Part shown: one piece after another, positions 13,728-24,398 of the stretch
Layout: each line of letters starts with the position of its first letter
Numbering within the stretch: position 1 is the first letter of the stretch
NCBI RefSeq assembly: GCF_000143415.4
Contig: NW_003314293.1
Location: 589,763-653,762, forward strand
Source of the DNA: Selaginella moellendorffii
Lineage: Eukaryota; Plantae; Lycopodiophyta
DNA: 64,000 nt
Direction: 5' to 3'
The notes under the pieces: generated by a model
What the model saw: the letters and a program-made list of their open reading frames with translations, nothing else
What the model was told of the DNA's origin: nothing
The model's database searches: none
Made by a program: the position numbers and the translations under genes

Positions 13728-13899
13728 GAAGAAGTCTACAAACCGATCGAGCTGGTCCCTGTGCCACCCCGCTCGAGCGAAACACGAGAGTAGCTCGGCC
13801 AAAGCGCTGCCGCTGGACGAGAGCTGCCAGAAAGTGGCACACTCCTCTTCCAAAGGCCGCAGCGAGGGTGATCATGAATATTTATCTGGTGTCTATCGT

Positions 13900-15071
13900 G
13901 CTGTTGAGTAGTAATCCTCTGAGAGGGAAGCAAAATCTTCTATGTACATAGAATCTCAAAATGTGTATAATTCTTGAATAATAGACAGACTTTGCCAATG
14001 CTCCAAACAGGTGTGTGTGTGTTCCTGCCAGCCCAGGAAGCCTCTTTAACTTACAAACTAGCTCAAACTCATCATACCTGTTTGTGTGGCGTTCATCCTC
14101 GCTGCCCAGCGTACACTTGATCAAGCATCGCTTTAGGGGTCTTTGCAGAGACGGCAACCCTTGTCGTCAACCTTCCACACGCCATAGCCATCAACTCCGG
14201 ACTCCCCTGCCTCGCGGTAGCCTCCCGCATACACCCAGCCACTCGCTGGCCATTGTACTCCCGCAGCCTCGCGGTGCACAGTCCCGGGAGCGGCAAAACG
14301 CAACGCAGGATCTCTCCATCCGGGTCAACCTTGTCTTCCAGCCCCGCTGTAATCCTCAGGCTGCGCATAACTTCCCCGGTGCTCCACCTGGCGCGGCCGA
14401 AGTCGTAAAATCCCAGGATGGTGGGATCGTAGAAGTAATCGTCCAAGCCTGGGAATGGGTGCCACGTTCACGATGTAATCTGAAAGTCGCACCTTGACGT
14501 AGGCTGGGGAGAACGGGAGCTTGGGGAGAGAAGACGAGCGCGTTACCGAGTCGTAGATGCAGCACCAGTGGCCTGAGAAGTCGACAGCGGTGTAGTGCAG
14601 ACCGACTTTGAAGCCATTCTTGTCGACGAGCATCAGTCCCGCTAAACTGTATCTTTCTCTGTCCTCCCAATGGAGCGGTGGTACACTCTTGGATGACTGG
14701 ATTCCCCACCACCAGCTGAAACACATCATCAGCGGGATCAACCATGCCCCTGTGCGTCCTGAAGAGGCCCGCGGAAGCAACGACTTGAGCGCGAGGAAAA
14801 TCTTCCGTTTTGTGGGGCAACGGAAACTCCACGCTGTATTTGGGCTGTGATGGATTCCAGGCATGGCAACGCTCGCCGTGGAAGGAGCTAGTCATAAGCC
14901 GCAAGGATTCCTTGTGGCCACTGTTTTGGCACCAGCGGCGGCGAAAGCGTTCCATGACTTGCAAACGGCGGAGCATGCGGTCACTAGTGTGGCCAGGTCC
15001 ACATAGCTGAGAACCGTCTCCAAAATATCGTCTTGCAGGGACACAGGCGCTTCTTTTCTCCGTTTCTTCAT
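13900..15071 (-). pseudogene. Frameshifted, intronless F-box protein pseudogene
   Basis: MKKRRKEAPVSLQDDILETVLSYVDLATLVTACSAVCKSW is an F-box motif. The downstream propeller-like part (QLVVGNPV, CCIYDSVT, LGFYDFGRARW) is split over three frames. The 3' end is approximate. Confidence 0.75.
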
Positions 15072-15747
15072 CACAAGGGCAATGCCTAGAAGAGTGGAGA
15101 GAAGCACGTTATGGTACTGCAAAAGGGATGCAAGGAACCCCAAAACGAACGGAAAACAGAGACGAAGACGCCGCTCCCTTCCATATCCTACAAGAAAAAA
15201 AGAAGCTCGTTCTCTTTGAAGAAGTTATTCCCCATTATCTGTCTTCACTGGCTTGTGCTTCTCCAGTTGAAACCGAGCTTCTCATAAATCTCTCCAATCC
15301 TGATTATCCGGCCTCGTTCCCTCTTTAAACATCTAACAAAAACGAACGCGAGCAAACTTACTTTGATGGCCGATCGTACAATCGAGCATACAATACTGGG
15401 GACGCTCTTTTGTTTTGTTGCCACAAAAGATGTGCTCATACTGAGGAGATATCAAAAGTGTTCATTGTAAAGTCATGACAAACACCTGTGACGTTCTTCC
15501 AGTCAGATTGAACGTAGAAAACACACGACTTACATGAATCATCGACCACTGTCATGGGAATCCATTTGGGTGCTGTCAAGAATAAGACTGTAAAGAAAAG
15601 GAAAACCTTTAGTCATTGGTGGTCCACTTAGTTGCGGACCTGTAAGTTGATCATGTCATGGTGACACAATAGAAGTGGGTAATACTTGTTGAAAACTTTC
15701 TCTAAAAGGGAAAAAAAAAAAAAGATTCAAAGAACCTTTTTTCTTTC

Positions 15748-15841
15748 CTGTCAAGGTGAGCCTCAGTAGTTTCTGGAATTCATCAATGTAGTCTTCGCTG
15801 CTCATGACGATTATCGCTCGATCCAGCAGCTCTTTAAACAT
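15748..15841 (-). pseudogene. Isolated exon-like fragment resembling the NOM1/Sgd1 MA3 domain
   Basis: RAIIVMSSEDYIDEFQKLLRLTLTGK resembles the family motif RAIFCxIMSxEDYxDAFEKLLRLxLxGKQ (recalled, not searched). It is preceded by an acceptor-like TAG. The rest of the gene is absent. Confidence 0.55.
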
Positions 15842-16254
15842 CTACGACCACAAAACAAATGCGTGACCACGGTAGCAAAACAATTTCACATACTTATTTT
15901 CATACATCGTATCATTCGCATATACATAACTCTCTTGTTTCGTCACGACAAAACTATGCCAGGCGTGCTCAATTTCTCCACTCTGCCATCAGTGTCCAAG
16001 GGCTGAAGGAGACATCCATAAGTGAAAACCATTTCTTCAGAACACTTTGCGCCATTGTTTCAACCGTTGAAACAATGATTGATTGATTGATTGCGTCAGT
16101 GGTATTCGTACAGAGCGTGGAGACGTACTCGGTGATATTCCCTTCGCCGCAAGCATAAAATGGATTTCTTGGCAGTCCAGCATCTTGCGCTGTAACTACA
16201 CAACTTGCAGTTCCCTGCTCAGAGCTGGCACCAGTATCATTGTCGTGAGCAAGT

Positions 16255-16658
16255 CAGCTACCTTCGGGAAAGCCTTGAACTTCTCCAGTATTTCATCGCC
16301 GGTGGTGGAAGACGCTGCTTTCTCTTCCTCGTCATGGCCACCTATGGAACAAATCCTCGTGAGAGCCTGTAGCTGCACCCTCAGCTCCTCAGTGTGGAGA
16401 TAGAGCTCCACAAGTCTGGGATCAAACCGAAGATTCAAAGCCGCTGAGTGTCCCTGCGAAGAAAACGCCTGATTCAAGGGCCCCGGACAAGCGCCGCCAC
16501 ACTTCTTCCTGTGGAAGCCGACGAAATACATCGCTTGGTTCTTCCTTGCCGACTATGGATTCTCACATCCCGCCCTCGTACATGAAGAGCGCTGTTCTGG
16601 CCTACAAGATGGTCTACGAAGGAAGTAGGAGCAAACCAAGGAGCTGGTGCTGGAGAGC
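16255..16658 (-). repeat. Copy C of the dispersed repeat
   Basis: LSSTSSLVCSYFL...QGHSAALNLRFDPRLVELYLHTEELRVQLQALTRICSIGGHDEEEKAASSTTGDEILEKFKAFP. Confidence 0.75.
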
Positions 16659-16659
16659 C

Positions 16660-17175
16660 CGGATTTTTCCCGCCAGGTCTGGATGTTTTGCGATGTCTTG
16701 GACGAGCTCAAGATCTTCATGACCGAATCCTCCAGAGAAAGGTTCTGCGGAAAGGCAGTCAAGATGATCGAGTTGGATCCACAAGCAAATCAACCCCATC
16801 TTGGCTGAGAGAAGTTCTTCCTTCATTTTTTGCGATCAATTTCTTGCAGGGCTTGAAGCTGGAGCAGGAGGTGTTGGATCACCCTCTGCTTCAAAAGGCG
16901 GAGGAGATTGGAATCCACCACGCTATGATTGTCAACGACTTGTTCTCCTTCAAAAAAGAGTGTGCTGTCGTGGCTTACAATTTAAACTTGAGGGATCAAC
17001 GATGCAATCGGAAAGGCGACCAGGAGCTAGAAGAGGAGTTCACGCATAAAAAGATGGAGATAATGTCGTCTGAAGAAGGTCTCGGAGGCAAAAATGGTGT
17101 TATGAAGTACCTAGGCGTTCATGACTTAAAACGTAGAAATGGTCGTGGCAGCACGGTACCATGGGGGTAGACTAC
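16660..17175 (+). pseudogene. Microbial-type terpene synthase-like (MTPSL) pseudogene, C-terminal half
   Basis: WMFCDVLDELKIFMTESSRERF, then LKLEQEVLDHPLLQKAEEIGIHHAMIVNDLFSFKKE (NSE/DTE metal motif), ELEEEF and ...WS...ARYHG (RY pair). It has frameshifts and lacks the DDxxD half. Confidence 0.8.
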
Positions 17176-17890
17176 CGATAAAGTCCGCCAACTTTTCCCT
17201 TGAATAATTGAGTGTGATATCGTGCCTGCTCTGAAAATGAAGAAAGTCCGATGACATGAAATCAAAACCTCTTGGATTTATACGGAGGATTTCTTTGCCT
17301 GGAACCATCGAGAATGTTTTTGACTGATTTCCATGTTGATGCAAAATAGTAATTGTGAAATCCTGGGCACGAACATCCTCAAGGAGTGGGAAGAGATCGC
17401 AAGTATGGTGTGAAGCTATCGAGAGCAAGGAGAAGAAAAGAATAAATGATATGCTGTTGGTAGTGTGCTTCTCGTTTGTCACATTGATGCGTGGGTTCGA
17501 GGTCAAAAAGAATCTTTTCGAATTGTTCATGTTGCCATCTAGAACCAATTGGGATAGCACTACTTGGCTGGGCTCTTTCACTCGAGCTTCTAGGAAATCA
17601 ATGTCATTGAATCATTGCCAACCTCGAGCTCGAGCGACAGTCCTACAGTGCAAATCGCATTGCCCAAGTCGACAACTGGTGCTTGGATCTGCCCAAGAAG
17701 TCTGCAGAGCAAGTTCTCACGAGCTATGTCTTCCCGAGCTTTCTAGCTTGCGCCCTGCTGAAATATCGCTTTGTTCTTCAGGGACGATTTCCCGCCCTCG
17801 TACATGGTTCTGGCGTACAAGCTGGCTGGACAGGATTCTCAGCCCCACTTACATCTGTATCGTTGATCCCGAGAGCTATTCATCCAGACG

Positions 17891-18092
17891 ATTTGTAAGT
17901 TCGTGCTGCGCAAAATATTGCTCAAACCGTTCTTTTGATGCGAGAACTTATGCCACAATTTGTATAAGTTCGTACGTGTCAAAACTTTCTTTTGATGCGA
18001 GAATAGATCCAAGAACTTATGCCATGATTTTGTATAAGTTCGTATTACGCAAAACATTGCTCAAAACATGCGAGAATCGCTCCAGGAACTTA
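17891..18092. repeat. Degenerate tandem repeat, about 3 units of 55-75 bp
   Basis: Recurrent blocks TTTGTA(TA)AGTTCGT, TTCTTTTGATGCGAGAA, GAACTTATGCCA and CGCAAAAxATTGCTCAAA. Confidence 0.75.
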
Positions 18093-18239
18093 AGCCACGA
18101 GCCATGCTACGCCCACCTCGACTTGTATTCGGAGTCTTCCTCCATATCCTCTTGAATCATCCAGGACCTGCCTAGCATATCTTCTGGAAACTTCATGCAC
18201 TTGGGCGATCGCACGAACTCCTCCTGCTTGATCTGCTGA

Positions 18240-18460
18240 CCTTGCCTGAGTGATAGCAGCGCAACGTTGTGCTCCTGCCGCATCACGACTCCAGCTCCAA
18301 CACCATCCGCCCGGCTGATCTCCAGATTCATGAAAGGCGGTTAAAACCCAGCAGCCCAATCGAAGTGGAGAAAACGAATGTCAGCTTTGCCATTCTCGTT
18401 GATGCCTCTGACCATCAAATTATCATCGCGCATGTCACTATGAGCCGGAGATCCATCCTT
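18240..18460 (-). pseudogene. Degenerate protein-kinase-like C-lobe fragment of microbial/fungal type
   Basis: AHSDMRDDNLMVRG...IRFLHFDWAAGF*PPFMNLEISRADGVGAGVVMRQEHNVALL matches the order HGDLRxxN...DFDWAG...YP..N..I...GV..G...EHD (family pattern recalled, not searched). It has an in-frame stop. Confidence 0.6.
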
Positions 18461-18488
18461 GCGCTCGCCAACTTGTGAGGATATAGTA

Positions 18489-18890
18489 CTGAGACACGTG
18501 GTGACACGTGGCGGATCTGACTCTCAACAAGCATAGTTTTAAAATGATGACGCTGAATGGAGGAGCAAGACAAAGAGCCCTTCGATCTGGTGTGGCTCTG
18601 ATAAAAATCAAGATTGAGTTTTTCTGTTTATTTTCATATTGTGCAGGCAACCCTAAAATAGAGGTGGTGAATTTATAATTCCTGACGGGTCTTGAGCAAG
18701 CTTGGGTACTTTGGAACATATTCAACACTAGAAGATGAGCTCAACTTTTCTCAGTTGAGTGAGTGAGACAGGTTTCCCAATGGTTTAGCATTAGCTTCCT
18801 TTTTTGTGATCTAGCCAGTGGGGGATTTCTCTATCTCACAAGAAAAACTCACTAGAAACTTGATCTGCCACGTGTCACCGCGTGTCTCAG
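18489..18890. repeat. 29-bp inverted repeat pair made of tandem G-box/ABRE-like motifs around about 345 bp (possible MITE)
   Basis: CTGAGACACGTGGTGACACGTGGCGGATC (18489-18517) versus GATCTGCCACGTGTCACCGCGTGTCTCAG (18862-18890), 27/29 complementary. No TSD seen. Confidence 0.7.
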
Positions 18891-19464
18891 CCCCGCTTGG
18901 AAGTCCGGCTCCGTTCTAGTCGCGGAGTGGACGAGTGCTAGAAGAGCATCCGAGACGATGTCGCGGACGCCGAGATCCGTGCTGGTGACCGATCGAGAAG
19001 TTCCCTGGTCAGAACTCTGGAGCTCCTCGCAAGTCGCATAGAAGATAAAAAATTGCCAATCCAGAGATCATTGGTTCCCTCTGTAGAACAATTTGGGGAT
19101 TCGCCTACTTCGGTTTAGATGGCAGTTCGGACTTTACATTTTTAATTTACAACTTTTAAAGAGAATTCCTGGACGTAGATGCCAAGATAGTTGCTCCATA
19201 GATCATCTCGTCAGGGTAGAACGCGGATGAGGCCTCAGCGAGCCGGCGGAGGTCTAGCGAAGAACTTGGAGGCCCGTATGTATATTCTCCCGCGCAAATG
19301 TGACCGAGATGGCGGCGTTTGGATCCTCCAAAATGGCTCTTCGACCAGACCTAGGATCACCGCCACTGACGCGCCAGCACCGCTCCTCGCCCATGGTGAT
19401 AAACCCTAAATCCTACATTATACTCGAAGCTTATCCCAGCTAGGGCTTTTGGTGTGGAAGGAAG

Positions 19465-21437
19465 ATGAGCGCCACGACTCGCGAGCAGAAGGCGCTCGAA
19501 GCAAAGGTCTCGGATGTCTTCCGGAGCTTCGCCAGTGCCGGCTATCGCAATCGCGCCTTCCTGTAAGCCTCGAAATCCTCTGGACAATCTTCTCTTTCTC
19601 GATTCCTGTCAATGCACTTCGTGGCTCTAGGTCGGAGCTATGGCGGGAGGAGCATCTGGATTATCTCCTCAAAGGCATGACCCGCCTGCCGGCTTCCTTC
19701 ACGGTTCTGGATTCCAGGTTCGTGACAATGCGTGAGAAACATCGGCTTTGCTCACTCCACTCTTCTAGTCGGCCATGGCTGTGCTACTGGATTGTCCATT
19801 CTATGGCATTGCTCGACAGGCAGCTCGATCCAGCGCTCCAAACAGACACGATCGAATTTCTCAAACACTGCAAGGTTCTTATGAAACTCTTTTGTTTCTC
19901 ATATCGACTTTAAACACACGATCTAGGATCCTTTGGGCGGCTATGGAGGTGGACCTGGACAAGTAAGGTTTTCTTTCTACGAAGGTTTCCTTTCTTCATT
20001 TTTTTTTTCCTTACGACTCCCTGCTATTTTATATAGATTGCACATTTGGCAACGACTTATGCTGCTGTTGGCACGCTTGTTTCTATAGGAGGTGCTCAAG
20101 CTCTCTCGTCTATCGATAGGTAATAGTGATATGTGACTCCGGTTTGAATTCAAAAGAGACATGCTCGGCAGTTTTTGGCAGGGAAAAGATCCTGGAGTTT
20201 TTGTTGCGGATGAAGGATCCATCATCCGGAGGCTTCAGGTAAGCGCTGACACTATCAGATTAGTGAGTGAGTGATAACTTGGCTTCGGGCGTGTTTCTAG
20301 ACTTCATGACGGTGGAGAAATGGATGTCCGTGGGTGTTACACTGCTATTTCGGTATGCTGTGAATGCTGAACTATTTGAATCTAACAGTTTCAGCAGGTC
20401 GCATACCTGTTGAATATTCTCGTTCCTCCGCTTCTGGAAAAACTCGGAGAATATGTTGCGAGGTTTTGTACTTGTTTGTGTCTTTTCTTATAATGACGAT
20501 TCTAGCAGTTGCCAAACTTACGAAGGTGGAATTGGCGGGGAACCTGGTGCTGAAGCACATGGAGGGTGTGGCTTGATATTTGTGTTTTAAGTCTGTGCTA
20601 ATGCTCCCTTCGTTTCAGATATACGTACTGTGGTCTAGCTGCTCTTATTATGGCTGATCAAGTGGATTCACTAGACTTGCCTGGTTTATTGGTAAGCACT
20701 AGATTATGCTTGGACGCAACTGACATTGTTTACTTTTCTAGAACTGGGCTGCGTTTCGTCAAGGAAAGGTCGAAGGAGGCTTCCAGGGCCGCACAAATAA
20801 ATTAGTCGATGGATGCTATTCGTTTTGGCAGGTGCGGCTTTCTTTTATTCGTTTTCTAATGAATTATTGTTCCTCCTTACTTTTATTGTATGCACAGGGT
20901 GGTGTATTTCCATTGCTGCAGCAGGTCGTAACGAAACTTATCTCGCAACAAACTTCCGGATCTTCTATCATGCATGAAGAAATTGAAGACGATTCTGACA
21001 CAGAGATCGGTGGTATCATGCCCGCGGACATTGAAACCTTCACGGCCGAGAAGCTTTTTCCAGTGAGGAAAGCCAGAAATCAGCAACACAGGCCTTTCCA
21101 CAATCCCACTGCTCTTCAAGGATATATACTTTTATGCTGCCAGGTATTTTGTTTATCATTCGATTGACCGTTTTAACTCCCTTGTTTTACTTCTTAGGTG
21201 CTCAATGGCGGTCTGATAGACAAGCCAGGGAAATCTAAAGACTATTATCATACATGCTACTGCTTAAGCGGGCTCTCTACCGCTCAGCATTGTCTCTCGA
21301 CGAATCCAGAGGATCATCCTCCGTCAAGTCATGTTTTTGGACCTTACAGCAATCTTCTGGATTCGACACACCCGCTCTTGAATTTCCACATGAAGCGCTA
21401 CATGGAGGCAGTGGATTACTTCGTCTCTAAAGCTTAA
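19465..21437 (+). CDS. ERA1: Protein farnesyltransferase beta subunit (about 13 exons)
   Basis: Spliced exons give MSATTREQKALEAKV, RPWLCYWIVHSMALL, GGYGGGPGQ, HLATTYAAV, GEMDVRGCYTAIS, CQTYEGGIGGEPGAEAHGG YTYCGLA, EGGFQGRTNKLVDGCYSFWQ and GGLIDKPGKSKDYYHTCYCLSGLS. An alternative upstream ATG at 19309 is possible. Confidence 0.95.
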
Positions 21438-23136
21438 ACAAGCTACTGCTGGCCTACCGACACTGGTACTCTCTTCTAGTGTTGGTACTTTTAAGCTTTT
21501 AAAATCTAGGCAGCAGCAGTACTACCAACAGATAGACTCACGTCCTTGTCCAGACAGCTAAAGGTTTCGTGGCCTTAATGGCACAGGGAGCCTATGGAAA
21601 CAATCGATGGAGGTTAAACAAAGGCGAAATGCTATCAGGTAGACTGCTTTCTTTTGATAATCTTTGAGCTTTTCTAAGTGTGATCGCGATGTTCAAGACA
21701 GGTGTCTGTGTCTGGTCACAACATTAAAAGCTCTGGTAAGCATTGTCGTTCATTTCTGTGCTGCATATATATTCAGTATAGAAAGCAGTGTAGTTGATGA
21801 ATCGGGCATTTTCATGCTGTTGTGATCAATAGTTTCTTCACGATTGCGCAACATCTTCTGTAAAAAGGACTGGTGAATCCCTTCTGACTCCCGAGTCCCT
21901 CTTGAGGTCCAGAGGACAATGTGTGAATAATAAGTCTGGTTTCCTTTTTCTCTAGGCGTGTCGGTTTGATTTCTAGCTGTCATCTGGGACATTAAACCCC
22001 GAAAACAAAAGACATTTCGTCAAAGTGCATAGGTAGGTAGGCAGTGTAACTTTCTCTACGTGAGATCTTGGTGGTTTGTATCCAGAATTCTCGCAGAGGT
22101 AAATCTCAAGCGAACCACTACAATTCTTCTAAATGAAAACTGACAGATGTTTCGGTGCTGCAGGTGATGGGTCCTTCTCTCGCATGAACAGCACTGTTCA
22201 TAAAAATTTCTCCGTCTTTCTTGCAAGAGAGCTATCGTAATCGATACGAACTTCTCGTTTCCGGTAGAGGCAAGTCTTTCTCAAAGCTCAAAGTGCCTTA
22301 GTTTTTCCATTGTGTGCAGCGGCACCAGCCGAAATGTATGCACCATAATGGCAGTCGCGTTGTCCTGAAAGCACAATCCACCCACTTCGGCATAATCAAC
22401 AGACCCATTGCTTTCCGGGGGATTACTAGATCGTTCACGAGAATGGTCGAGCGGAAGGTACCGTCTTTCAATTACGCCTTAAGTGGTTCTCGGGAAACTT
22501 TTCTTGCAGTGTTCTATAAGTCTACCGACCACTGAGACAAACAAGAATCTGTCCTGGGGGGATATCATGAATCAAGTTGCAAAAGATATGTTCTAACCGT
22601 AGCTACAGCAGTTCTTTCTTTTATGTGTCCAACAAAGGTATGAGCGAGTAGAAAGCATGCATGCAACGAACTTGCATGGCCCTTCTGACCGGAAGCGCTT
22701 CTTTCTTTTCAACAGCTAGGCTGCACAGGATTGTTGGGTGCACACTGGAATTTTAAAGAGGTCCGAATGAGATGAAGCAACGGCTCAAAGCGGAATATGC
22801 TACTGTAAGGCAACAGAATATGCACCTTTCTGACAGAATATGTTTTGGCCTCGCTGAAACAGAGCTGGGAGACGGGAATCTATTCACTCTTTTTGCCAGC
22901 TGAGTGCATACAGTATTGCTGCTGCCTCATCCCTGGCTGTTCTTAAACCCGCTCGAAAACGCCTTGTGAGTTTGTATAGGCTGTAGTGTAGTCCTTTCTG
23001 TGTATAGTCCTCTCTTCCTCTTTGTTTGTATAGTGTACAGGCGATTTCGATCCAAGGAACTTCCGGCTCGTCTGCGGAGGTTCGTCTTAAAGTCATTCTG
23101 TGGTTCCATGGCCACTTAGTTTTGCAGAGAGGAGAA

Positions 23137-24398
23137 ATGGCCTTCCTGGCAACAGCAGCAGCGGCAGCAGCAGTGATCACATTCTTCTTTGCCATTGTCA
23201 ATGTGGATGCTCACCAGAAGATGTCATCGCACGGGATCATTGGTAAGCAGCAAAGATTTGTGGTCCCAGATTTGAAACACATTCTACATTTTCAGGGAAT
23301 GCTATGGACGAATCGTCCGGAACGGTAGTGGTGAGTTTCTAGGCGATCATGTCGCAAGAGCTTGTTAGTGACGACTGCTTTTTCAGTGGAAGGTCGAGAA
23401 ACAGGGACTTTACGACTATTTCAAATGCGCGAGCAGCACCAGTAGGAGCAGCAACGCAGGGCATTGCAAGAAACACAGGATCATCCAACGACTTCTTGCC
23501 GAATCTCCAAAGTCGAGTCCAAAGTCTGGATCGGGAACCAAGGCAACATCACCTTCTTCAACGCCAGCATTGGCCACTGCTCCATCCACGAGAGCATCTG
23601 CGCCCTCCACTGGCACTGTACCAACGGCTCCGGTTGCGTCTCCAGTTGTGTCTCCAGTTGTGACTGTCCCGGTTACGGCTCCAGTGACGTCTCCACCTGT
23701 GGCAACTTCTCCAGTTGCGACACCACCCGTGGTTATTACGGCTCCACCAGTGGCTACTCCAGTTGTAGCTCCTCCTGTCACTACTCCGGTTGTGGCTCCA
23801 CCCGTGGCGACTCCGGTAACGTCACCACCTTTGGCGACTCCAGTGGCGTCTCCACCTTTGGCAACTCCAGTCACTGCTCCGGTTGTCTCTCCACCTTTGG
23901 CTACTCCAGTTACTGCGCCTGTGATAGCTCCTCCAGTCGCGACTCCAGTGTCAACCCCACCAGTGGCTGCTCCAGTCGTTACGCCCGTGGCTGCGCCCGT
24001 GGTGACTCCAGCGCTGGCACCAGTTGCGGTTCCAGTGACAGCTCCAGTCGTGTCCCCGGTTGTTGCTCCCGTGGCGGCTCCAGTTATACCTCCTGCGCCA
24101 GTCTCGTCTCCAGTTGTGGCTCCAGCTCCTTCTCCGAAGAAGCACAAGAGATCCCCGGCGCCAGCTCCAGTTCCAGTCCTGGGACCGCCGGCACCTCCTC
24201 TTTCATCACCGACATCTCCAGCTACCTCAGCGGAAGGCCCTGACTTTGCACCGATCACTACTCCTGTAAGTTCTTGTTCTTCGTTTTTTTTTTGTACATC
24301 CTGACTTTGTCCGCGTTCTCTTTCAGAGTGGAGCTTTAAGATCGATGCCTGGATCGCTACTTCTCATGGCGTTTTCTCTGCTGGTGGTATTTGTGTGA
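23137..24398 (+). CDS. Lysine-rich, GPI-anchored arabinogalactan protein with an N-terminal pro-like domain (4 exons)
   Basis: Signal peptide MAFLATAAAAAAVITFFFAIVNVDA. In-phase GT-AG exons give ...HCKKHRIIQRLLAESPK, then (P/A/T/V/S) decapeptide repeats, SPKKHKRSPAPAP and LGPPAPP. The last exon SGALRSMPGSLLLMAFSLLVVFV* is a GPI signal. Confidence 0.88.

Noticed and set aside
17891-18092. Interspaced repeats superficially like a CRISPR array
   Set aside because: Irregular degenerate tandem units without unique spacers, no cas genes and a eukaryotic context.
16660-21437. Terpene synthase next to a prenyltransferase as a biosynthetic gene cluster
   Set aside because: The MTPSL is a broken fragment, ERA1 prenylates proteins rather than metabolites, and no P450 or tailoring genes are present.
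23416-24258. Gly/Thr-rich minus ORF and Cys/Ser-rich + ORF
   Set aside because: Alternative frames of the repetitive AGP exon. Only the Pro-rich frame joins the signal-peptide and GPI exons.
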